From NCBI GenBank assembly GCA_903881665.1, contig CAIRUC010000025.1, positions 1,080 to 65,079 of the forward strand: DNA of 64,000 bases, given 5' to 3'. Under the pieces are notes generated by a model. That model worked only from the letters and a program-made list of their open reading frames with translations, had not been told where the DNA came from and did not search any database. This document shows positions 47,425-58,200 of this stretch, in pieces (position 1 is the first letter of the stretch; each line of letters begins with the position of its first letter). The translations under genes were made by a program, and so were the position numbers. Origin of the DNA: an uncultured Bacteroidota bacterium (GTDB lineage Bacteria; Bacteroidota; Bacteroidia; AKYH767-A; OLB10).

Positions 47425-49740
47425 ATGTTTAAGCAGCGGATTCTTCTTTTCTTGTTTTTCTGTTTTTCTGTAACAGCTTCAAACGCACAGTTTGAACTAT
47501 CGAATCCTATGGTTGCAAATTCAAAAACAATTAAAGCTGGGGCCTTAATTGTAGCAATGGACACCATCAACCAAAAAAACGCAAGCGGATTTTATAATTT
47601 AAAATCATATGGATTAGTTAATGAGATACTGCAAAACGAAATTCCTGTGCTGTGGATTATCAAAAATTCAAAAAGCAAGAATTCTTTAGACTTTACAGCT
47701 TCCGCAACGCGCATTTTCCCAGATACAGGCAGCAGCGTAAATACATCCTTTTATTCTGGTCCATTTGTTATTGATTCACCTTATGTAGCTGCAGCATTAC
47801 CTATTATAAAAGCTTACGGCAAAGCGGTTAAAGTTTATCGTTTAGATGTAAGCACAATTATGAACGTGCGTTATAACCTTACGCATAAACCAAGAGTACT
47901 CTTATTAAACACAGGGGGCTACGACACTATTGCTGTAAGAATATTTACAGAAGCAGGTTATAGTACCAATTCTTATTACATGAATCCGAATATTGGATCA
48001 ACACTAGATCCAACTGCTCCATACACCATGGTATCAGAAACACATATTGATGTTTTAGATTCTACAAGAGCGAGCAAAATCAGGCAATATATTGAAACGT
48101 ATGGAGGTAATTTCATAGCACAATGTGTGTCGTTAGGTCGATTTGAAAACAAAATGTTCGCGCTTACTACAGGAGGAATTGATTCCTCTTCTGTTTCGAC
48201 TTCACCAGGATCTTTCTTATATCCAGTTACCGATCAGGGAATCTCACAATTCCACGGAATTTTATCAGTACCACATGGTGAATATAAACTTTGGAAACCG
48301 AAAACTTTAAGTGCTTTTCGCTCTAATGCGTATCAAGTTGTAAACAACGCATCATGGAATGTAGTTTCTGCAGGAAAATTAAAACCAAATTCAGAAAAAG
48401 GAGGAAATATAATTTACCTTGCTGGACATGATTGGTTTTTTTGGACAGTAAACGGGTATAATGAAAATGCAAAAATAAATGGCAGAAGAATTTTCCTGAA
48501 TGCGACCTTATTACCTGCAAGCGATTCCATTATGGCAGGCGACTTCAGAACAGATTTAAAAACATTAATTGTTGCACAACCAGGATTTGTTGTTAAAACA
48601 GAATCTTATAAACTCTTAGTGATTGTAAAAAATTACGGTCCAGGCCGGGCTAAAAATGTAATTGTAAATGCACCCATTTCATCAGGACTAACACTAGGCT
48701 CATTTTCAACAACAAGAGGGACATATAACAGTGCGACTGGAATATGGACGTTAGACTCTCTCACTAGAAAAGAAACCGACACCTTAGTGCTCAATACGGT
48801 CATCAACAAATTAGGAAACATAAGTTTTTCGGCAAGTGCAAAATCAGTTTCATTAGAGTTCGATTTGTCGAATAATAGCGATCATGTTGATTTGTTTAGC
48901 ATAAGCAGACCTACTGTAGAAAACGACACTATGGTTTTTCCATTTGCAAGCTATGTTGACATTCCTACAAAGAAAAATGATTCGAACGAAGACTTAAATA
49001 CATTCGGCAATACAGCCATTGTAGTTAATCCTTTACATGGGGTGGCGACTATCCTTAACGGTGACTCCATACGATATACATTAGCATCAGGATTTAGCGG
49101 CATCGACAGTATTCGATATGTAAGTTGCGACCTCCTACCCATTTGCGACACTGCGTGGATTTATATAATTATCCCTACTCCACTTCCAATCTCCTTATTA
49201 AGCTTTGAAGGCGTTAGAACGAAAGGACACGTTGATTTAAAATGGATCACACTAAGTGAAAAAGAGAACAATTACTTTACGGTTGAAAAAAGTAATAATG
49301 GGAGCGATTTTAATCCTATAGGAAAAGTGCAAGGAGGCGGAACGATCAATATTACTCAATATTACTCTTACCGCGACATAGATAGTGGAGAACCGGTACT
49401 TTATTATCGGTTACGACAAACTGATTACAACGGTTCGTATACCTTAAGCCACATCATCTCTTTGCGCAGAAACAATTTGCGCGACCTCCAGATGACAATC
49501 TATCCCAACCCTTCATCGGGAGAGCAATTGATTTTAAAAGTTAATGGACTTACTGAAAATGCTACGTTTGTTGTTTCCGATATCTTAGGAAGACCGATTT
49601 TAGAAAGTAATATATCGGGCGATGAAAATAATTCGGCGCTAGAATTAATTACTCCTACCACTAAACTAGAAGCTGGTAGTTATTTAGCCACATTGCACCT
49701 AGAAGGGAAAAAATTAACAACCCGAATCATCATTCGATAA
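47425..49740 (+). CDS. secreted multidomain protein: unrecognised ~350-aa N-terminal domain, DUF11-like repeat, cadherin-like/Big_9-like module, T9SS type A CTD
   Basis: It has a signal peptide (MFKQRILLFLFFCFSVTASNAQ) and a DUF11-like stretch (VIVKNYGPGRAKNVIVNAPISSGLTL...TRGTYN...GIWTLDSL). A module ending ...PICDTAWIYIIIP is shared with the giant adhesin. The C-terminus is MTIYPNPSSGEQLILKV...GSYLATLHL. Confidence 0.75.
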   Translation: MFKQRILLFLFFCFSVTASNAQFELSNPMVANSKTIKAGALIVAMDTINQKNASGFYNLKSYGLVNEILQNEIPVLWIIKNSKSKNSLDFTASATRIFPDTGSSVNTSFYSGPFVIDSPYVAAALPIIKAYGKAVKVYRLDVSTIMNVRYNLTHKPRVLLLNTGGYDTIAVRIFTEAGYSTNSYYMNPNIGSTLDPTAPYTMVSETHIDVLDSTRASKIRQYIETYGGNFIAQCVSLGRFENKMFALTTGGIDSSSVSTSPGSFLYPVTDQGISQFHGILSVPHGEYKLWKPKTLSAFRSNAYQVVNNASWNVVSAGKLKPNSEKGGNIIYLAGHDWFFWTVNGYNENAKINGRRIFLNATLLPASDSIMAGDFRTDLKTLIVAQPGFVVKTESYKLLVIVKNYGPGRAKNVIVNAPISSGLTLGSFSTTRGTYNSATGIWTLDSLTRKETDTLVLNTVINKLGNISFSASAKSVSLEFDLSNNSDHVDLFSISRPTVENDTMVFPFASYVDIPTKKNDSNEDLNTFGNTAIVVNPLHGVATILNGDSIRYTLASGFSGIDSIRYVSCDLLPICDTAWIYIIIPTPLPISLLSFEGVRTKGHVDLKWITLSEKENNYFTVEKSNNGSDFNPIGKVQGGGTINITQYYSYRDIDSGEPVLYYRLRQTDYNGSYTLSHIISLRRNNLRDLQMTIYPNPSSGEQLILKVNGLTENATFVVSDILGRPILESNISGDENNSALELITPTTKLEAGSYLATLHLEGKKLTTRIIIR

Positions 49741-49780
49741 TCCAGGTTGTTCAATAGCCATTTGCAATTAATTATTTTTA

Positions 49781-52216
49781 TTATTGACGACGAATAGTCG
49801 CGTTCAATTTTTGTTCAAACTGTTTCATTAACTTATCCATAACTTGATCGATCTGTTTGTCTTGCAAGGTAGCTTGCTCATCGCGCAACATAAAACTAAG
49901 TGCGTATGATTTTTTCCCGGCTTCGATTTTTTCTCCCTCATACACATCAAAAAGATTAACATTCTTGAGCAGCTTTGGCTCGGCAGCATAGGCCAACTTC
50001 TCAACCTCTTGATAACTTACTTGTTTATCGAGCATCATCGATAAATCGCGACGCACTTCTGGAAACTTAGGCGGTTCGGGAACTGATTCATCAGTAACTG
50101 GCACTAATTGGAATAAATAATCAAGATTAAATTCCGCATAAAAAACGGGCTGATTAATATCCATCAACTTCAATGTTTTTTTATTTACCTCGCCCATAAT
50201 TGCCACGCGATTTTTTTTCGCCATTAACGCAAGGCAAGAGTTTAAGCATGCATGATCGCCTTCTAGTTGACTTAAGCGAGATCTAATATTCACACCAACC
50301 ACTTCAAGCAATGCGTTCACAACAGACTTTAAAAAATAAACATCAGACTTAGCTGATTTGTCTCTCCAATGCTCTCCGTGAAGATCGCCTGTAATCCAAA
50401 TAGCTAAATGGCGGCTCTCAGAATAAACCGAACCAGATTTCACATATGTTTTCCCTGTTTCAAAGAACCTCAATTCCTTTTGCTTGCGATTAATATTATA
50501 GGCCACGGAATCCAATCCAGGGATTAACATATCATGACGTAGCATCCCTAAATCATTACTCAACGGATTCAAAACAGTTACCCCTTGCTTATTCTCTGGA
50601 AGTGGAATAACATCAATATTAGAAATACGAGTAAGCGAATTATTCAAGATCTCATTAAAACCATTATCGACCAGCCATGTTCCCATTCTATTCACCACAG
50701 CATCTACATCCGGCTTACGTGCGGGAGCAATACTTACCGACATTTTTTTCGGTAATTCGATGGCGTTATATCCGTAAATTCTAATTACCTCTTCAACTAA
50801 ATCGGCAGGACGAGTTACATCTACTTTAAAAGCAGGAACTTCAACAGTCAATATATCGCCCTCTTCTTTCAATGTAGAGATTTGCAAATCGTTCAGAATA
50901 CGTTTAACTACATCTGAAGAAATTACATTGCCACACAAAGTATTTAAATAAGTATAGGACAATTCTATTTTTTTATTCTTCACTTTTTCAGGATATACAT
51001 CAACAAAAGTAGATTCTGCACTTCCTCCCGCAATATCAGTAATCAACGCTACCGCCTTTTGTAGTGCGGCAATCGTCATTTCAGGATCGGTACCTCTTTC
51101 GAAACGAAAAGAAGAATCAGTATGTAAGCCGTGAAAACGAGCCGCTTTACGTACCATTACAGAATCAAAATATGCACTCTCAAGGAAAATAGTCGTAGTT
51201 GAGGAAGTTACACTAGAACTAATTCCTCCAAACACTCCTGCAATACATAGTCCACCCATATTATCTGCAATCATCAATTCATTTCCAGATAACTTGCGCT
51301 CCACTTCATCCAGTGTTTTAAATGATGAGCCTTCGGGAAGAGTACCTACAATTATTTTACCTCCAGCAATTTTATCGGCATCAAAAGCATGTAATGGTTG
51401 TCCGAGATCATGCAACATATAATTTGTAGCATCTACTATATTATTAATTGGGCGTACACCAATTGCTTTCAACTTATTTTTTAGCCAATCAGGAGAATCC
51501 TGCACTTTAACATCGTTAATAGTAACGCCTGAATATCGTTTACAGCCGTCTACACTCTTCACCTCTACCGTTATTTTACCAGAAGTGTTTCCTGATGAAG
51601 CAATCGGAATTGATTTAAAATTCAATTTTATTTTTTCATCCGACAATAAAGCTACCAAGTCGCGAGCTACACCAATATGAGAAGCGGCATCTGCACGATT
51701 TGGAGTTAAACCTATTTCAAAAACCCAATCATTTTCAATACAGAAATAATCAGCCGCAGGCATTCCTGATTTAGTATCTTCAGGAAGAATCATTATTCCT
51801 GCGTGAGAAGTTCCTAGCCCAATTTCATCTTCAGCACAAATCATTCCTTCTGAAGCCTCTCCACGTATTTTTGATTTTTTAATTTCGAATGGTTCTCCTT
51901 CTGTAGGATACATAACAGCTCCAGGCAAAGCCACTATTACTTTTTGTCCTGCAGCCACGTTAGGAGCGCCGCAAACAATTTGACGAACTAAGCCATCACC
52001 TACATCTACGGTAGTAACGCTCAATCGATCGGCATTCGGGTGACGATTACAAGTAAGCACATGTCCTACCACAATATCTTTCAACCCACCTTTGAGGCTA
52101 ACCCAATTTTCGAGATGTTCCACTTCAAGGCCGCAGCCGGTAAGCAAGATCGACAACTCCTGAGGAGTTTTATTTGTATCAATAAACTGTTTAATCCAGT
52201 TATAAGAAATCTTCAT
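49781..52216 (-). CDS. pheT: phenylalanine--tRNA ligase beta subunit
   Basis: MKISYNWIKQFI... is followed by a tRNA-binding (OB) domain, B3/4 and B5 domains and the FDX-ACB C-terminal domain pattern. The length of 811 aa is typical. Confidence 0.93.
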   Translation of the reverse strand: MKISYNWIKQFIDTNKTPQELSILLTGCGLEVEHLENWVSLKGGLKDIVVGHVLTCNRHPNADRLSVTTVDVGDGLVRQIVCGAPNVAAGQKVIVALPGAVMYPTEGEPFEIKKSKIRGEASEGMICAEDEIGLGTSHAGIMILPEDTKSGMPAADYFCIENDWVFEIGLTPNRADAASHIGVARDLVALLSDEKIKLNFKSIPIASSGNTSGKITVEVKSVDGCKRYSGVTINDVKVQDSPDWLKNKLKAIGVRPINNIVDATNYMLHDLGQPLHAFDADKIAGGKIIVGTLPEGSSFKTLDEVERKLSGNELMIADNMGGLCIAGVFGGISSSVTSSTTTIFLESAYFDSVMVRKAARFHGLHTDSSFRFERGTDPEMTIAALQKAVALITDIAGGSAESTFVDVYPEKVKNKKIELSYTYLNTLCGNVISSDVVKRILNDLQISTLKEEGDILTVEVPAFKVDVTRPADLVEEVIRIYGYNAIELPKKMSVSIAPARKPDVDAVVNRMGTWLVDNGFNEILNNSLTRISNIDVIPLPENKQGVTVLNPLSNDLGMLRHDMLIPGLDSVAYNINRKQKELRFFETGKTYVKSGSVYSESRHLAIWITGDLHGEHWRDKSAKSDVYFLKSVVNALLEVVGVNIRSRLSQLEGDHACLNSCLALMAKKNRVAIMGEVNKKTLKLMDINQPVFYAEFNLDYLFQLVPVTDESVPEPPKFPEVRRDLSMMLDKQVSYQEVEKLAYAAEPKLLKNVNLFDVYEGEKIEAGKKSYALSFMLRDEQATLQDKQIDQVMDKLMKQFEQKLNATIRRQ

Positions 52217-52298
52217 ATTTCAATACTATAAGATTGCAAAGTTATTAAAAAGCAGAAAGCCACCCCTAAGGATGGCCATGCAAATTTTATAGGTTGAT

Positions 52299-55200
52299 TT
52301 ATCGACGTAAGATCACATATCCTGCCTTTCCATTTTCACCATTGCGAGGATCAAAAACGTAGTAATAAGTACCATTAGGAAGCACATTCCCCATTCTGAT
52401 CATATCGGTATTCGACAATCCGTTCCAGCTATTATCATAATGCTCTTTCGTATATACTAAATCGCCCCAACGGTTAAAAATCTTCAGATTTGCATTCGGA
52501 TACTCATCGATATTACTAATCACGAAGTAATCGTTTACGCCATCATTATTGGGAGAGAAACCAGTAGGAATAAACAAGGTATCACAATTAACGGTTAACA
52601 CTATGGTATCATTGCTTGCGCAGCCCTCAGCAGAAATTGCAGTAACCACAATGGTATCAGTTTGTTGAAGCTGTACTATTACTATTGCCGCTAGCGAATC
52701 ACTTACCAAATTAGATGGCGACCATAAATATGTATTTCCTCCTGTTGCTGTTAGCTCAACTAATGAATCGCAATGAACAGTCATGTCAGGATCAACACTA
52801 GCAATAGGCAATGCGTTTACCACCACTGTGAGTGGCCCAGCATTAAACTGACCGCAAATTGCAGTTGCAGTAACAGCATAGTCACCACTAGAATGCACCG
52901 TAATTGTATTTAATGTGTCTGTCATTGGAGAACCAGTGTTTGTCCATTGATACGAAACATAAGCCGAATTAGTAGCCGTTAATACTACACTGTCGCCACT
53001 ACAGATAGATAAAGCGCCAGTAACCTGAATATTTATAATTGAGGTATCGGTTAAGATTGCTGAACAGGATTTACTACATCCATTTGCATCGGTAACGAGC
53101 ACAGAATAACTTCCAGTCGACAGAGAGTCCACTAACGAAATCGTATCACTTGTTGACCAGCTATACTGGAATGGCAACAATCCACCTACTGCAATCACCT
53201 CCACACTGCCCAAAATATTAGCTAAGCAATTAGGTTGCACTACCAATGTGTCAATTTTAACTGCTGGATGCAACGCCATTACTGAATCAGCCACTGTAAT
53301 ACTACAATTATGACTATCTGTAATTATTACCGAATATAAACCTACAGGGATTGAAGTTGCTGAATCGACAACAGCTCCGTTATTCCATAAGTAGGAATAA
53401 GCACTAGTTCCTCCTGCAGGAATTACTAATATACTTCCACTGCTATCGCCCATACATTTCACATCAGTTACATACAAAGAAGCAGTTAGTGCACTAGCGG
53501 GCTGTAAAATGGTGTCTGTTAAAGTTAACTGGCAACCATTAGTATCTGAAAGTATAATAGTATATACGCCAGCAATTAATGAATCGATATCCTCATCGGC
53601 ACTGCCATTACTCCAACTGAAATAATAAGGAGAAGTGCCACCCGATGGCTGAAGATCAATTGCACCTGAGCTATCTGCATAACAATATACAGGTTGTAAT
53701 GATAACGATGCCGATAACGGTAATACAGGTCCGTAAACAGTATCCGTTAATGTTACACGGCAACCAAAGGTATCAACAACCGTCACTGTATATATTCCTG
53801 TAGTAAGACTATCCAAATCTTCAACAACAGCACCATTATTCCATGAAATTAAAAACCCTACATTTCCAATAATAGTTAAATCAATTGTACCAATTGAATC
53901 TTGAAAACATTTATTATTGGTAGTTACAGAAGACAACAAAGGAACTCCTTTGACATCTATAAATAACCACGCAGTATCACAACCTGCTGGAGATTGATTA
54001 TCGCAAACTGAATACTGCAACGAATCGAATCCAGCAAAAGTTAGATCAGGAATAAAAAGAATATTTCCTAACACATCAACCGTGGCGTTTCCATGGGAAG
54101 GAACTAGAGAAATAGAAATAGACAAAGGATCTCCATCCGGATCAATATCATTAGTACGTACGTCAATTATAATGCTATCGTTTGCACAAATTAAAACAGA
54201 ATCATTTAGCGCGACTGGAAAATAGTTTTTTGAATTAACAGTAATAATAACCATAGCCGTATCGCATAATCCAGGAGCAGGATAGCCACTATCACAAATT
54301 GCATAATAGAAAGTATCAACCCCTGCAAAATTAGAATCAGGACAATACGTTATTATACCTGTTAATGTATCAAGCGAAATCGTTCCGTAAGAAGGACCAT
54401 TAAACGTAATTAAAGAACCAACAATAATTGCATTTTCAATATCCCAATCATTCGCTAATACTGCAATTTGAATACATGAATCTTTTACTGTTGTATCAAA
54501 ATCATCAATTGCAAAAGGCGCGTCATTAACTGGATTCAATGTGATGTAAATCCAAGCTGTATCACAATACACTGGCATTCCGCTATCACACAAAGTATAC
54601 ATGATAGAATCTTGACCGTAGTAATTTGCATTTGGAATATACGTAATAGTACCTGTTAACGTATTAATGGTAGCAGTACCATTGAAAGGACCATTAAGGA
54701 TAGCCAATGTTCCTGCATTTATATTATTATCAGGGTCAGTATCATTTAGTAAAGGGAAAATAACAACTGTTGAATCTTCATTTATAGCAAGAGTATCGTT
54801 TTCCAAAACTAGAGGATCATTCACCCAAACTATTATAGAATCTTGTGCATTACAACCTACAGAATCGGTAACATTAACCACAAATGTTGTTGTAACTATA
54901 ACTGTTGCTAATGGGTTCGCAATTAAACTATCGTTAAGTAAGGTTCCTGGAATCCAACTATATGTATACGGAGCAGAACCGCCAGAAGCCACAGGACTTC
55001 CTCCAATTGTAACTGGAGTTCCGGATGTAATAAATTGATCATTACCTGCATCAATAGTAGGTTTAGCAAACACATCTACATCTAAAGTATCAGAAGAACT
55101 ACAAGCACCATTAGTTATTGTATATACAAACAGATTTGAACCAATTGAAAGATTACTAACGGTAGTCGTTACCGAAGTTGCAGCGTCAACAACAGCAGCT

Positions 55201-58200
55201 CCTAATGATGACCAACTTCCTGTCCCAATTAATGGAACATTTCCCGATACCATTACAAGTCCTAATGAAGCGCATATCTGCTGATCGCTTCCTGCGTGCG
55301 CCGTATCTGTTTCCTGCGAAATCACCACATTAATCGAATCTTTAGTAATACAAGTTCCAGAAGTAATTGTCCAAATAAAAATATTATTGCCGATTACAAG
55401 TCCTGAAACAGAAGTAGCTGGGTCATTAACATTGGCAATATTTGCTGAGCCGTTTGTTGACCAAACACCAGTACCAATTGTTGTTGCTGTTGCAGATAAA
55501 CTAGTAGTTGTTATTGTTTCGCATAATTGTTGATCAGGACCAGCAACTGCCACATTGTTACTATCAGCTATAATTTTTATAGTATCTGAACTAACACATA
55601 CTCCGTTTGTAATTGTCCAAATTAAATCATAAGTTCCTGCAATTGACAAACCAACAGCAGTTGTAGTAGCCTGACTAGAATCTGCAAAAACAGCAGAAGA
55701 TGTTGTTGTCCAAACCCCCGTTCCTGGACTAGGATCATTCGCCACTAGTACTAAAGCGGAGCCGCTGCAAATTGTTTGATCTGTTCCCGCAACTGCAACT
55801 TTAACTGAATCTACAAAAACATGAATAGTATCTGATGCAACACAACTGCCGTTTGTAATGGTCCAAACAAAAGTATTATCACCAAATATCATATCACTCA
55901 CATTTGTTGATGTAATAAAGGGAGAAGCTATAGTTGCTCCTGAAGGTGATGTCCAAATTCCTATTCCAGGTGCAGGATTATTTGAATTAAGGATTGTAAT
56001 AAATGTATTACATAATTGAATGTCATTGCCAGTATTTGGAACAACAATATTACTTACCGTTATACGCACGGTATCTCTGCTTACACAACTTCCGTTTGTG
56101 ATTATCCATACAAAATTGTATGCTCCTGCGGTGGATAATCCTGTTATAGTTGTAGTAGCTGATATAGGAAAAGTAATGGTTCCTCCTGAAAGTGCATTCC
56201 AAATTCCTGTTCCTGGCAATGGACTATTTCCTGTTAATGTTATTGGCGAACCGGCGCAAACCGACTGATCGGAACCGGCGGCTGATGTAACAGTACTATC
56301 ACGCTTAATAATAACAGTATCCTTCGAAGTACAAAGTCCATTAGTGATAGTCCAAACGAATGAATTATTACCATAGGTTAAATTTTGCGCAGTGGCAGAT
56401 GAATTGGTTGCATTCAATATAGTTGCGGAACCTAAAGAAGTCCATAATCCAATTCCGGGAATAGCACTATTCGCAGACAAAGAAGCTGTTGTTGCTGCGC
56501 AAACACTTTGATCTGCGCCAGCATGAGCAACAATAGAAGAATCGACAATAACGCGAGCAGTATCTCTTAAAACACAAGCTCCATTTGTAACTGTCCAAAC
56601 GAACGTATATACACCAACGTTAGTCAAATTCGCAACTAAAATATCTGCAGATGAAGGTAAATTAATAGAAGCAGATGAGTTAGTTGTCCATAAACCAATT
56701 GCAGGAAAAGGATCATTAGCAGATAGGGAACCAATACCCCCTTGACAAACTTCGTCGTCGAGACCGGCATTTGAAGGCACCTGCGGACTTACAACAATTC
56801 GAACAGTATCTTTACTTGTACAAGTACCATTGGTAATGGTCCAAATAAAACTATACATCCCAGCATTTAAACCAGTTACAGTTGTAATCGGACTTAAAGG
56901 TGAAGTAATTATTCCACCATTAAGATTAGTCCATACTCCCGAACCTAGCAAAGGACTATTCCCTATTAGTGAAACACTAGTTTGCGAATCACAAATTTGT
57001 TGATCGGCACCTGCATTTGCAGTTATCAAATTATCAATATGAATGATTACGGTATCGCGAGTAACACAAGCTCCATAAGATATAGAATAGACAAAAGTAT
57101 TATTTCCGTATAGTAATCCGGAAACATTAGTAATAGCTGAAGAAGGAGAAGCGATAAAAACTGGACCAGTAGTTGTCCATGTACCTGTGCCAGGCAATGG
57201 ACTATTTCCCGTTAAAGTTGCTCCATTTAAATTACAAAAAGATTGATCTAAGCCGGCATTTGCAATAACGGGAACACGAACAATAAAAGCAACTGTATCA
57301 CGAGTAATACAAGCGCCATTTGTGATGGTCCATACAAAATTATAGAAGCCAGCCGTATTTAATCCAGTAACAGTAGTAGTGCTTGAAGAAGGAGAAGTAA
57401 TAACTCCACCATTTAAGGCCGTCCATAAACCGACACCAGGCGAGGGATTATTACCATTCAATGTACCTGTTGCAGTGGAAGTACAAACTTGGATATTATT
57501 TCCTGCATTGGATGTTATCGGAGTAGAAACAACAATCTGCATCGTATCGCGATTAATACATGCACCATTCGTGATCGTCCAAATAAAATTATATGCACCA
57601 GCAACAATTAAAGAAGAAACAGAAGACGAAGGACTAGAAGGAGTCGAAATTATTACACTAGAAGAAGTAGACCAAAGGCCAACACCAGGGGAAGGGTTAT
57701 TTCCAGCCAACAAAACTGTACCTGGAATTGAACAAACAGTTTGATCGGAACCAGCTATAGAAGTTACAGGATCGGAAACGACAATTTGCATAGTATCTCG
57801 TGTTACGCAAGAACCATTCGTGACAGTCCATACAAACACATACGTTCCGGCACTAGTAAGCCCAGATATAGTAGTATTACGAATTGAAGAATTTGCAATG
57901 AAGGCAGCACTAGAAGTTGACCATAACCCAATCCCAGGAGAAGGGTTACTTCCAGCCATTGTTGTAGTACTTAAAGAAGAACAAATTTGTTGATCGGCAC
58001 CAGCATTAACATTGACAGGCTGATCAACAAAAACAGTAACTTGATCGGCGTCGCTACACGAACCATCAGAAACCACCCAATAAAAAGTATACGAACCTGC
58101 GTTCAAATTTGAAACACTAGTAGTATCATTAACAGGGCTAGCAATTAATGCACCAGATGCGGTAAACCAAACACCTGTAACACCAGCAATATTAGGGTCG

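Noticed and set aside
47045-47570. Two ORFs (99 aa on the plus strand with a TTG start; 111 aa on the minus strand) in the intergenic region between the divergent cargo genes
   Set aside because: The first is highly basic and low-complexity and spans the inverted-repeat promoter-like boxes. The second overlaps the signal-peptide-encoding start of the 47425 gene on the opposite strand.
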